From contig CM119373.1 of the NCBI GenBank assembly GCA_051294905.1, forward strand, positions 2,420,001-2,484,000: DNA of 64,000 nucleotides, given 5' to 3'. Positions 1 to 11,629 of this stretch are shown piece after piece (the stretch's first letter is position 1; every line of letters begins with the position of its first letter). This DNA comes from Botryllus schlosseri (taxonomy: Eukaryota). The position numbers were made by a program, and so were the translations under genes. Under the pieces are notes generated by a model that worked only from the letters and a program-made list of their open reading frames with translations, was not told the origin of the DNA and made no database searches.

Positions 1-110
1 GGACTCGGACTTGACTCTCCGTTTAGTGAAAATGACTCGACTTGACTCGAGTCAAAACTATAAAAGTGAGAGTGACTTGTGACTCGGAGCCATGTGACTT
101 GTTTATAACC
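1..110. repeat. Terminal fragment of a GACTC/GACTT-repeat MITE family
   Basis: Clustered gactcg/gacttg motifs; closely matches the right end (about 15040-15150) of the element at 14620-15154. Confidence 0.7.
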
Positions 111-761
111 ATGGGCCACACTCAATAGCTTCATTAGCCAACATCAAGGTGTCCGCTGTCCAATGGTCCATTATATCAGAAATAACCTGATTTCATGAAG
201 TAACAATGCGTGTTGTAGGCCGACATATCGTAATATCGCCTCAGGACAAGCTACATATTTTTGAATTACAATTATGGTTCTGTCAAATTGATATTGCTTG
301 GTGATCATCCTGCCAAAGCACAGAAAATTATTTCAAAGTTCAACAAATTGATAAAAATATTCATATGACTTCTACATTCTTAGAGTCTACGATTTTAAAA
401 TCTCATTGGTTATTTACGTAGTGGAAATTAAGATAAGCAAATGCAATTGTAACGCGACAGCGGTCGAATATCATTTATTTTATGCTATTTAACTTGGAAT
501 GAATATCATCCATAATGTCATCTTCATTCGTATGCGCGTCGCGCAACTTTGTTGTCTTCAAATAGATGTCGACTAGGGTTAGTTCGGATATCAATAATTT
601 TCACTATCCGGATAACGGATATATCCGGATATTTTGGAATTTATCTAACCGGTTAACCGGATAATAACTGCTAAGTGAGACAATCGATTTCATTAGATCT
701 GCATGTAAAACGGATCGCAAAATCATTACACAGTGTTATTGTAGAGTACCTACCTAAGTAC

Positions 762-974
762 CTACGCGCGCAGTATGAGCGAATACGAGAAAAACCACGC
801 AAATTTAATGTTCACTGCTTCTGCAATGCCCTCTTTTGAAAGCACAGATGCATCAATTGTGGGATCCTGTAGCCGGGACCGGAATTTTGTAACAAAGAGT
901 CCACGTTCATTGAATGCTTTTTCAGCTTCCACAGAAGTGGGCTGAATAGAAAGCAGCGCTTCGTAGAGAGTCAA
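762..974 (-). pseudogene. hAT transposase C-terminal dimerisation-domain remnant
   Basis: LYEALLSIQPTSVEAEKAF...TKFRSRLQDPTID resembles the hAT dimerisation motif (L-s-i-p-x-t-S-x-x-x-E-R-x-F-S...R-s-r-L). Confidence 0.75.
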
Positions 975-1414
975 AAGGTTGGCAGGTCGTACGCCGGAAA
1001 CTTCAACGGCTTTACATCCTTTTGACCATCCTTATGTTTAGGTTTGGAGTTCTAGAAGGACGACTAGCTGACACTGGAATTGATGCCGACATGATACCTC
1101 GCTCTAATTCACGTGATCAGGCACGCAGCCAGCCGAAAATGTAGGGGGATTGAAATAAAATCAGGGGGTTTCGATTTTTTTTTCGAATTAATCATCAGCG
1201 GAAATCAATTACGCTTGCACGCACGCACATTTTTGCGAACATTCGATGTCATTCAGTTTCGCGGTGTCACTCTCGGAATCACTAATTAGAATACACTTAA
1301 AGGCATATCGTCAACAAGCCATCGAGAGATAGGAGCCAATGCATGCTGGGTCCGAGATGGTTAGGCCAGCGACTATATCGTTCGTAGGCCTATTGCAGAT
1401 GCGATTGTGTAGGT

Positions 1415-3863
1415 CAGGGGTCGCCAACTCAAAAGGGGTCGCGGGCCACTTTTTAGACTTGCACGAGGTCGCGGGCCGCAATAATGTAGTAGCGAGACAA
1501 ACACGCCATACATCTTAGAAAGCATGTTTATGAAACATTACTGAGTCTACTACATCATCGTGCACTTCCTAACGTGGCCATAGGCATATAGTTACGACAA
1601 AAGAAACATTGTTTATTAACGAAATTTCAATACAACGAAAAAAACATCATGATCATCACTTCAAATATGATTAAATTATACGCTGCGCTTGAGACCTGAC
1701 AACGCTTTCCAGCGACTAAAGAATCGATGTCAGGGCTGATGGAGCGTTGGTTCGCAAGTCTCAAAATTGCTTTGAGATGCTCATCTGTTAGTCGCGAGCG
1801 TAAGGCTGATTTATTGATCTTCATGGTCGAGAAAAATTGCTCGCAGACATACGTACTGCCAAACATTGCGAGGATCTTCCGGAAGTGCGAAGAAAGCTTC
1901 GGAAACTAATGCTGCGGCAAGTACTTGAAGAATTCAGGCAAGGCTACTTCCGAATACTTTTCCTTCATTGCCGAGTCACATTGGAGATCCAACAATTCCA
2001 TTTGATATTCCTCGGTGACTGATCCGACATCAATAGTCATTGGTGTAGCAAAAAGAGCAAGTTCATTTTCCAGAGTCACAAAATCCTGAAATCTTGAATT
2101 GAATTCCGTATTCAACAACATGAGTTTATCAGAATATTGCTTCATATTCCCGAGCTCGACTGTTGTCAACGACCGGAGAGTTGCAAAATGAGCAAGGTTT
2201 CCGACTTCAAGTTGCTTTGTCCATAGCATCAGTTTGCGCCTAAATGATTTGATTGAATCGTACATCGCAGTTACAACTTTCATTCGACCTTGTAATGTGG
2301 TGTTTAAATCGTTCAGATGTGCCGTAATATCGCATAAAAACGCAAGATCAGAAATGAATTGTGCGTCTCCCAACTCTGGCACGTCTGCATCTTTCAGCGC
2401 CATGAATAAACCAATCTCATCTCTCAATGCGAAAAAACGTCTCAGCACATTACCACGACTGAGCCATCGCACTTCCGTGTGGTATAATATTTCGCCATAC
2501 TCACTCTCGGTGGCTTCTAAGAAAGCTTTGAACTGACGATGATTCAGGCCCCTCGAGCGAATGAAATTCACGGTTTTTACTACTACGTTCATAACACCAC
2601 TCATTCCCAAATATTTGCTACACAATGCCTCTTGGTGTATAATGCAATGTATGGCATGGATAGGAACGCCTAATGTCGTCATCTTGTTTCGTAGAAGCCC
2701 AACTAGGCCTACTTTTTCTGACCTCATGGCTGGAGCTCCATCGGTGGCTACTGAGACCAGCTTACACCAATCCAAATCGGCATGGTCGACACATTTGTTT
2801 AGCTCGCGGAATATGTCTCGCCCTGTCGTCGTAGTTTTCATTGGCAGGACCTCCAGAAGTTCCTCCGTGACGTTAAAATCTCTGTCGACTCCTCGGACAA
2901 ATACAGCCAAGACAGCGCTGTCGGTGATGTCGGTACTCTCATCCAGTGCCAATGAAAATGATTGGAAATTCTTTCCAATTGAGGATAGTTGTTGATACGA
3001 GTCTGCAGCCAATTCCGTGACACGACGAGCAACTGTACTGGCTGAAAGACTGACGTCCTCGAAGAGCTTGATCTTTTCTGGACATAATATTTCACTAGCC
3101 TTCAGTAGACATCGCTTCACATAATTTCCTTCGACAAATGGTCTCGAGTCCTGCGCAATCATTTCAGATAGGGCAAAACTGGCTTTAACTGACAGTTCAT
3201 TTGCTTTTTTCAGATTTGAGAAGTGGCTCTGCTGCTTATTCAAAGAATTCTTTAGTTGCGTCAACTTCTGTTCACGGTGTTTTCCAGTATAGTCTTGAAA
3301 CTTATCCTTGTGTAAAGACTCATAGTGGCGACGAACATTGTATTCCTTTCGGACAGCAATGGTAGAATAGCAGACGAGACATTGTATTTGGCCGTTGCAC
3401 TCTGAAACGAAATAGTTCAGTTCCCATATTTCCTGAAATGTCCTGTTCTCGTCCGATATCTTTCTTTTGGGCATCGTAAGTATGTAGGGAAGAAAAATCG
3501 CGAGAAACACGATTCCAGACTCCAACTCACCTAGTACGCGTATGAGGAAGTATCGAACTGTTTTGTAGGCCTATGCGTCTCGATCATTGTCAATGTCTGG
3601 TCCATTATTACGTCACAAAGTGTACCACTTCCTATCAGCTGATCATCTCTCGAGGGAGTGGAATTACCATCGCCAATGTGTTTTCAACGAGTGAGTGAAA
3701 ATAATGTAGGTCACATGAGAATAGAATATTTTGATCAACAACATTTTGAAACTGGAATTAATTTCAGCATTTCAATATTATTTACTCGGTGTTCATTCAA
3801 AATTTCAAATGGGTTCGCGGGCCGCAAAATATGACCTCGCGGGCCGCGTGTTGGTGACCCCTG
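1415..3863 (-). mobile_element. Full-length hAT transposon, Buster/Charlie/SPIN-like (2449 bp)
   Basis: TIRs CAGGGGTCGCCAAC / GTTGGTGACCCCTG (13/14 match); perfect 8-bp TSD GTGTAGGT (1407-1414 and 3864-3871); subterminal gcgggccgc repeats; internal transposase. Confidence 0.95.
1627..3474 (-). pseudogene. hAT transposase (SPIN/GTF2IRD2-like) with one in-frame TAG at 1906-1908
   Basis: ATG at 3474 (MPKRK). BED-type finger CLVC...RRHYESLH; catalytic-region motifs SLALDESTD, VATDGAPAM, HCIIHQEAL, EVRWLSRG. After the TAG the same frame continues FPKLSSHFRKILAMFGSTYVCEQFFSTMKINKS. Confidence 0.93.
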
Positions 3864-5005
3864 GTGTAGGTCAACGATAATATCGTGAGCACCAAGCCAA
3901 TGAAGATGCGATTGTGCAGGTCAGCGATTGAATAGTGTGTACACTGCACAATGCACATGGCCTATTGCAGATGCGATTCTTCAATCCAGTGGAACTATCG
4001 GCTTGTTGAAGACGCGATAAATCAGGTCAGATACGATAGCCGAGCGCGCGGCAATCAATGACCTAATTTAACGATCTTCTCAGCAGGAGATCGCATCACA
4101 TTCAATGTTCCCTCTAATTTTCGACGAGTCTGCGACCACTCACCAACTTAAGGGTGATGGACACTAGTTTACATTGAAGGCGAAGGCTCTGTTTGTTTAT
4201 TATAATTTGGAGCGCCTCATTACGCCTCAATACGCTTCATTACGCTTCGCCTCACTGCGCTCGAAAATCGATCTCCGAGCGTTTTTTTCGTGGCGTAGGG
4301 AAGCGCACAGCGGCGGCAACTCGGACTCGCGGTCGTAGTCGAATCAGTATATCGCGATGCCGGTATTGATGAGTAGAGACGGAAAGAAAAAACGACTCCT
4401 TGGCGTTGACTTTGTTACTTTTGACTGAAACTGAAGAAAAGAAAAGATTGAGGGTTGACCCAATATTGAAGAAAAGAGAAACTTTAGGTAGGTAGACCAC
4501 TAATGCTTTATATTACTCTTATGAAATGAAGTATTTCCCAGTACCAATTTTAACCTACTCAGAATCGGTTCGTGTGCTGGAAAAAGTTGTCTGACAGGCC
4601 AGATGCGACTCGCGGGTCGTATGTTTGACGACCCTGCTCTAGAACCATCCGTGCCAAAAGCGATATCATTTTTGGCTGATTTCAATTTTTGATGTTTCAC
4701 CGGCCCGCCAAATACCTTATAAAATTTTATCGGTCCACTAGGTGAAAATTTGAGAACCACTGCTCAGCACTTATGTGAAGTACCATAAATGCTTTTTTCA
4801 ACTCATAAATACTATTCAATGGCATAGCCAATTCTCAATTATCTCACTATCCTTTCCACTTGGCTATTTCAATGAGGTGGACCAATTTCCTGCTAATCCG
4901 TGCCGTATCTTTTTTTTTTGTTTATTGGCGATGTCTCCATCCAAACACCACCATAGGCCCTTGTCAAGATCAAAACAAATAGGAAAGACATCCCTACCTC
5001 TACCG

Positions 5006-6617
5006 CAGTTGTTCCCAACCTTTTTCGGTGTCAGGGCCAAATTTAGAATTTCAGAGTCGGTCGGGGTCGCACCAATACCAGGGCAATGAAACATACCCAA
5101 AATAGTCATCAATATATGAAAATCGGCAGTATTCTGATCAATCGTTATTGTTATGGTCATTGTGCTGCTGCGCTCCCAGTGCTCAGAACAATCGACCCTT
5201 GGTGGCTATTTAGGAGTAGTTTTATTGCGCTGGCGAGATTTCAATTCGTATTTTTGCATTCATTGCAACACTAGCTTTCGATAATGACCAGACCTATTAA
5301 ATTATTCGGACGCTTCGGTCGTGAGCTGTAGGACTACCAATTATGCTGCTTTCGGGGCAGTTTTGTGAGTCAGCTTTTATCGCCTATAAGCGCGAAAATT
5401 TTCTATAATTCAGATTGAATCGGTCAATACGATCGGGAATCGAATATATATTGCCATCAATTTTTATCCTCTCTCTGCTCGCGTAATCAGTTTTACATGT
5501 AGAGCCGAGGGAGGTGTGTTTGAAAAGGTGGGACTACTCAAAAATAATTAAACATCTACTAGCGTATACCCGTTGGCAGGTACGAAACAGCACTTCGTCA
5601 GCCCCCTCCCCAAAAATAATAATAAATAAAAATAAAATAAACTTGGGTCTTGGGCTCCCATAGGATGATAAACCTACCCCTGTTACCTTTTCGCTGTTGC
5701 CACAAAACTAATGGTACTGTTAAGTGGGCCAGAGCGAAGCGCGAAAATTTTCGATAATTGATGATAAAATCGTTCAATATGATCGGGAATTGCATATATA
5801 TTGCTATCAATTTCTTGTCCTCGCTTCTCACGTAATCAGATTAACCGGTAGAGCCGAGTAAGGTGTCTTGGAAACTGTAGGGCCCGTTAGTATGATTCCG
5901 TAACAAGTTATTTCGTGACCTCCTGTCTGCTATATCAAAAATATAGAATCGCCCAAACGTAGGCTTCTGAACTGAAAGACGCACACGATTTCAAATTGTT
6001 ATTTCTTCACTGGAATATAATTTTTCCCTGTCCCGTGAGGTTCAGATTACCTAGGCAGTATTTTGTATATATAACGAAGTCTTCAGTCATCATAAGGGCA
6101 GTCCTGTTGGGCCAAGGTTTTCTCGCTGCCGATCGTTCTGACCCACTTCTTGGAGTCGCATGTTACATGGCCTAAAACTTAATATGTCTTGGTGCGTCGT
6201 GGCGCGGTAATGGCCAACGCCGATTTGCCCAATGCCTATTTTTATAAATTTTACGCATTTTTTCTTGGGGATGACTACCCAAAAATCTCGATATTTGGCA
6301 GCATGAAATCACGCCTAGAGTGAAAAATTTTTGAAAAAGATGCATAATTTTGAAAAAACACTCTATAATTTATGCTAATTCACGAAATAATTTTTTGCCC
6401 CGTTGGGGGTTTCACATGCGGCAGTTATGGTCCTGTCTTTACCTAGTGACGATAGCAATCTACTCACTTTCCTGCAATCCTAATTAAAAACTCCAGACTC
6501 CAAGCCAAGCAAGTATATTTTATAAATATAAATTTTATTTGTTGTCATAACTCGATTTCCTAATATTTTCTGGGGGCCGCAAGAAGGCTAACTGGGGGCC
6601 GCGGTTGGGAATCATTG
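5006..6617. mobile_element. Non-autonomous hAT element in the Harbinger transposase intron
   Basis: CAGTTGTTCCCAACC...GGTTGGGAATCATTG termini; TSD ctctaccg/ctctacag (7/8). Confidence 0.75.
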
Positions 6618-6640
6618 CTCTACAGGCATACCTGGAAATC

Positions 6641-6835
6641 CTATGTTGCCTCTCAGCTGCGCACGTGCGCAAATGCGCAGTGCTGACATGGTCTCTGCGC
6701 ACACAAAATCTAAGTTGCACACGAAAAATCCGAAGTGATGACCTTTTTTTTTAGTCGTTACGCACTGTCGTCCAAGTGTCTGCGCAGTAAGTTGGTGAGT
6801 GTGCGCAGACTCGTCAAAAATTAGAGGTAACATTG
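6641..6835. mobile_element. CAATGTTCCCTC-family MITE, diverged copy
   Basis: Aligns along its length with 9001-9191. Confidence 0.75.
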
Positions 6836-9000
6836 CCTGGAACATGATTTTTAGTCATGACCGAGTGATGCAATTGGTCACCGTAAATACTATTATTTGT
6901 AAAATGAACGAAATTCCAATTTGACTGACCTCGGGTTCTACTGGTTGGAATTGAGTCAAATTTGGTAACATGACGATTTGACGACTAAGCCGATGAAATT
7001 TGAAAAAAAAATTTGTACGCTCCTATTGCTTACATTGAAAAACAGATCATTGATTAGAAACCATTTGATGTATTATTATATTTTTAGGCGAATATCATCG
7101 ACTTGTTCAAGAGCTTCGGCACAATAATGAAGAAGAAGAATTGAAGAATTTAATAGAATATGGCATTTTCCAAATTGCCTCGGATCAATAGACGAGAAGC
7201 ATGTCATGTCGCAAGCACCAGCCAACTCTGGCTCATTATTCTTCAACTATAAGAAATATTTTAGTATTGTGCTACTAGCAGTTGCTGATGCTTCATACAA
7301 GTTCAGAGTGGTTGACATTGGTGCGTACGGTGCTCAATGCGACAGCTCGATATTTGCGAATTCGGCCTTTGGCAAACATGTTTTGGGAAAGACATTGAGT
7401 GTACCCCCAGATAAACCGCTTCCTGGGGAAGTTGCTCCTCTCCCTCATGTTTTCATTGCGGATGAAGCATTCCCTTTGAAACCAATTTGCTAAGGCCTTT
7501 TCCTGGTTGTGATCTAGACAACTCAAAAAGAGTATACAATTATCGAATGAAATTATAGAATGAAATGCTGGTAATCTAATTCTAATCTAATTTGTAGAAG
7601 CTGAAAATTTTCAAGTTGTCGAAGTCTGTTCTTAATGAGAGAACATTGAAACTATTGCCACGTTGGAAGTTTTTAGGCGTCTTGCTGTCAAACACTGTTG
7701 TATGCTCCTGTGCAATATCATCTTGCTATTGGTAATTGTATCTACTGTCTCTCACTCTCGCATTAATGTTGAACAGTGGTATCAAAATGACTTGAGTCAA
7801 TTTAACACATTTTGAGAAAATTGACTTGAAGTAAAGTTTTCATCTTCTTGCAGACATATATTCACCATGATCAACTTTGAATTAGTGAGACAGACATTAG
7901 CATGGTTAAGATATTGCCGAAAATTATTGTAAATTTTCAAAAACTGTATTTCTTCAAGTTTTGAAAAATAGATACTTTGATTCCACTGTTACGATATACG
8001 GAATTGTTGCTGTATGTGTGGCATTGAGAAAGTTGCCTACATTTATGCAACTCTAGTAGAATGCATGCTGGTCTCCATTTTCATGTTGTATTTCCTATGA
8101 AGTAGGCTACTGCACGACCGTACTAATATGAGTTTATCTGATTGTTATACTGTGAGCTGAACGAAAACATTCCGTGTTGTAGAATAAATGTATTCCTATT
8201 AACCTTTGTCGAGTGATGGACCCTGGTTTACACTGAAGCTGAAAGCCGGACACCAATACTTGATCAGTCGTAAGGGCCTTTTTGCACAGTAAAGACCTTC
8301 TGCAGGTTGACACAAATAACAACAGGTTAGAAATGGTTCATGTTATTTACAGGAAAGAAGGCTACTGCATGCCAATATACACAAAGTATATGGGTGCATC
8401 ACAATTGAAACATAAGTAAACAGTCAAAGAAGGGAACTGCATGTTATTTACAGACATTATATTTGCGCATCCCAGTAAAACCATGAAAACTGGCAAGGGA
8501 TGAGGCTACTACATATTCCATGTCTCCAACTAATCTTCACTTCTATTTTCTGCAACTACTTTCATAATTTCAATTTCCACTTTCAGCCTTTTCTCTGGAT
8601 TCATACTTCTCCAAGAGCGGTGCAAGCATGCGTGCGAATAAGTCAACTTCGTCTTCTTTCTCATCTACAAAAATTAAACTAGATGCATTCAGGATATTTT
8701 TTCATAAATAAGATTGTAATAATTACCTGCAGTAAGGCGTTCAATCGCAGAAAGAATGATTCGCTCACGATCTGACGACCGTGAGTCTTGTTTGTTTTGC
8801 TTTCCTGGAACCAGTTTGCTTAATGGCGTGCTGCAATCACTTGGCAACGGTGGTGCTGGATCTCCAGAATGCAATGGTCCTGTAGAGTGATAGGCACATA
8901 ATATACATCTATTCTATATACATAACGAAATACAATTTGACAGGGTGTTCACAATTAATATTTGTAACTGAACTGAGCTGCTGGTAACTAAAGTCCTGAC

Positions 9001-9191
9001 CAATGTTCCCTCCAAGCTGCGCAAACGCGCATCGCTGATCCTGATACGGTCTCTGCGCACAGAAAATCTAAGTTGTGCACAAAAAATCCGAAGTGATGAC
9101 CTTTTTTTGGTATTTACGTACTGTTGTCCAAGGGTATGCGCAGTGAGTTGGTGAGTGTGCGCAGACTCGTCAAAAATTAGAGGGAACATTG
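9001..9191. mobile_element. CAATGTTCCCTC-family hAT MITE (191 bp)
   Basis: TIR caatgttccctc/gagggaacattg; TSD gtcctgac/gtcttgac (7/8). Confidence 0.88.
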
Positions 9192-9313
9192 GTCTTGACC
9201 AACGTCTTTCATGTTACGTGAAATTTGAATGTTGTACTAACCTTGATTCTGCAAACCGCCATTCAGAACTTCAGTCAGGGTCAAAGTAACTAGTGGGTCA
9301 TGTGTATCTAGAG

Positions 9314-9509
9314 CAGTGGTTCCCAACCTTTTTCGACCCATCGCCCCCTTTTCAAGGTCAACACCGATCATCGCCCCCCAAATTTTGTGCACCGATAATT
9401 GGGCATACAGGCTGTAATCACCGGCGGTTTGACTAAAAAAAAAAAGGTCATCTTTCTCTGCTCAGAGCTGAAAATAACGTTTTTTCTCTCCGAATGGCTA
9501 GGTGGATGA

Positions 9510-9544
<35 letters not shown>

Positions 9545-9714
9545 TCAGCCGTTTTGACGCGTCATCGCCCCCCTATCGCCCCCTTCGCTATTTTCGCCCC
9601 CCGTCGCCCCCTTTGTCCATTTTCGCCCCCCTATCGCCCCCTTCGTAATTTTCGCCCCCCTAGATCGCCAAATCGCCCCCTGGGGGGCGATATCGCCCAC
9701 GTTGGGAACCACTG
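9314..9714. mobile_element. hAT MITE with TCGCCCC subterminal repeats
   Basis: TIR cagtggttcccaac/gttgggaaccactg; perfect TSD ATCTAGAG; related copy at 40497-40763. Confidence 0.92.
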
Positions 9715-10194
9715 ATCTAGAGGATCTTGTGTATCCATGGGGTCATGTGTAATGTATCGACGGCATTATGTGTATCCTCCAGGGAATCCTGTTCTTCACT
9801 ACAATATTCGTCGACGTTTGAATATGTGCTGGAATAAACATATGAATTTATTTCATGATAGGAAATCGTATCTAATCAGTACCGTAACTAATAGTCATTT
9901 ACCTTCGGATTTCAACAACTGCATCCAGAAAATCAAACATTGGCATTAGCTGCCACGGCCTGTATTTTGACTTTCCCGAACCAGATCTGGTTTGTTCTTG
10001 CATATTCTTTTTCTCCCGTCGATATTTATCACGGAGATAATTCCATTTCTTTTACATTCATCAACTATGAGAAAAAATAAGCAAAGCAATTGGTGAGTAG
10101 TTCGAAGTACTGTACGCGTTTTTTTTATAATTACCTGGAAATTGTACATCCCAGCTCACGCGTTCCTAGCAGTTTGCATAGCCACTTTGTCGCC

Positions 10195-10726
10195 TTACGA
10201 TTTGTGTGACTTTAAATACAGCGCTGGGAATTGCCTTACCAATTCGATCAGTACCTCCGGATCCATTAATGCAGATTGCAAAATCACAGCCGTAATAGAC
10301 ATCGTGCCGGGAATGTTTGTTGTTAGCGCGCGAACAATCAGCTGATCTCAGTGACGCCTGACTGAGCACAATTTACGCTGCCAGTGTGAACCTCAGGTTC
10401 GCTTCACATAGTTTAGCTTAGTTTAGCCTAGCTTAGCTTATTCTCAGTGTACACCGCCCTTTACGATTTGTGTGACTTTAAATACAGCGCTGGGAATTGC
10501 CTTACCAATTCGATCAGTACCTCCGGATCCATTAATGCAGATTGCAAAATCACAGCCGTAATAGACATCGTGCCGGGAATGTTTGTTGTTAGCGCGCGAA
10601 CAATCAGCTGATCTCAGTGACGCCTGACTGAGCACAATTTACGCTGCCAGTGTGAACCTCAGGTTCGCTTCACATAGTTTAGCTTAGTTTAGCCTAGCTT
10701 AGCTTATTCTCAGTGTACACCGCCCT
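10195..10726. repeat. Tandem duplication (2 x 266 bp) of the Harbinger right end
   Basis: 10195-10460 is repeated at 10461-10726, including the TIR AGTGTACACCGCCCT. Confidence 0.92.
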
Positions 10727-11209
10727 TTACTGCGCAGACCCTTGGACAGCAGTGCGAAACGACTAAAAAAAAGGTCATCACTGCGGATTTTTTGTGCGCA
10801 ACTTAGATTTTCTGTGCGCAGAGACCGTGTCAGCACTGCGCATTTGCGCACGTGCGCAGCTTAGAGGGAACATTGGTCACATTAAATTGTGCAATGTGTA
10901 CAGACGCATCTCGCTAATTGGCAACACGCTTCTCGTTAATCGGCCGCGCCAACACTGAATACGACTTATTGAAGCTTACTAAAACGTGTAAAATGCATTA
11001 GCAACGATTCTTTTTTTATCCGGTTAACCGGCAGAAAAATATCCGGATATCAGATAGTGAAAATACCTGCGGTTAACCGGTTAACCGGTTAACCATTATC
11101 CGGATAATCCAACCCTAATGTCGACCGAGATGGGTGAGTCATGAATCACAATATGAGATCTGAACACATACAATGAGCGATTTTCTGTCGTATGCAATCA
11201 ATTTGACAA

Positions 11210-11409
11210 ATCGAAAGTAGGATTATTGTCATGGTTTTAGGTGAATCTGTCAAAGTATGGAAAAAGCATGGAAGTATGGGAAAATGTTCCATACCATACT
11301 TGACAAATTTCCATACCATACCATACTTGCGCTCTTCCATATTCCATACCGAAATTTCGTTCCGTACCATACCATACTTCCATATCTTACCATACCATAC
11401 CTTGCCCTG
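11210..11409. repeat. CCATA/TATGG pentamer-rich MITE fragment
   Basis: Short array of inverted and direct ccata repeats ending in ttgccctg. Confidence 0.6.
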
Positions 11410-11629
11410 GTTGTGGGTGCTGGAGGATTATCTAGGCTCCTCCTTTGGGTTGCATTTAAAACAAAAACCAATTAAAAACAAATACGTTTGAAACAAGGCC
11501 CTAATTTAAAGCATGTTGTTTTTTAAGCCATGACGTCCCGAATGTTCAATGGTGATGTCATAATGGATCGACATTCGCAATTGAAAACATAGCGTAAATA
11601 TAGCTCCTTTGACGAACCTCTGTTTAACC

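Larger units (their letters stand above)
4370..7548 (+). pseudogene. Harbinger (HARBI1-like DDE) transposase pseudogene, 2 exons (~4370-4487, 7088-~7548)
   Basis: KKRLRVDPILKKRETL-G|EYHRLVQELR joined by a phase-1 GT-AG intron. After an internal deletion: WHFPNCLGSIDEKHV...NSGSLFFNYKKYFSIVLLAVADASYKF...DIGAYG...DSSIF...FIADEAFPL; frameshift near 7485; 3' truncated. Confidence 0.88.
8530..10266 (-). pseudogene. Harbinger accessory MADF (Myb/SANT-like)-BESS gene, pseudogenised
   Basis: Exon 10266-10135: MDPEVLIELVRQFPALYLKSHKS*GDKVAMQTA. Exon 10064-9903: KWNYLRDKYRREKKNMQEQTRSGSGKSKYRPWQLMPMFDFLD. Last exon 8664-8530: EDEVDLFARMLAPLL/RSMNPEKRLKVEIEIMKVV (BESS-like). Carries stops and frameshifts. 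Confidence 0.82.
4151..10726. mobile_element. PIF/Harbinger transposon, decayed autonomous type with two genes
   Basis: 3-bp TTA TSD (4148-4150 and 10727-10729); TIRs AGGGTGATGGACACT / AGTGTACACCGCCCT (12/15); contains convergent transposase and MADF-BESS remnants. Confidence 0.88.
4103..10875. mobile_element. ~190-bp CAATGTTCCCTC-type hAT MITE split by the Harbinger insertion
   Basis: Left part 4103-4150 and right part 10727-10875 rejoin to match the intact copy at 9001-9191 (opposite orientation); TSD atcacatt/gtcacatt (7/8). Confidence 0.85.
574..11117 (-). mobile_element. Non-autonomous hAT element, outermost layer of a nested transposon stack
   Basis: Termini TAGGGTT...AACCCTA with subterminal ccggata/ccggtta repeats at both ends; perfect 8-bp TSD ATGTCGAC (566-573 and 11118-11125); hAT C-terminal remnant inside. 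Confidence 0.85.

Noticed and set aside
2234..3095. Overlapping ORFs of 100, 144 and 85 aa
   Set aside because: Antisense or alternate-frame shadows of the hAT transposase.
3475..3525. N-terminal extension MESGIVFLAIFLPYILT of the transposase ORF
   Set aside because: Starts at TTG; the eukaryotic start is more plausibly the ATG at 3474.
9494..9715. Lys/Pro/Arg-rich 73-aa ORF
   Set aside because: Poly-A tract and TCGCCCC repeats of a MITE.
11146..11491. Four overlapping Tyr/Gly/Met/His-rich ORFs
   Set aside because: Artefacts of the CCATA pentamer repeat.
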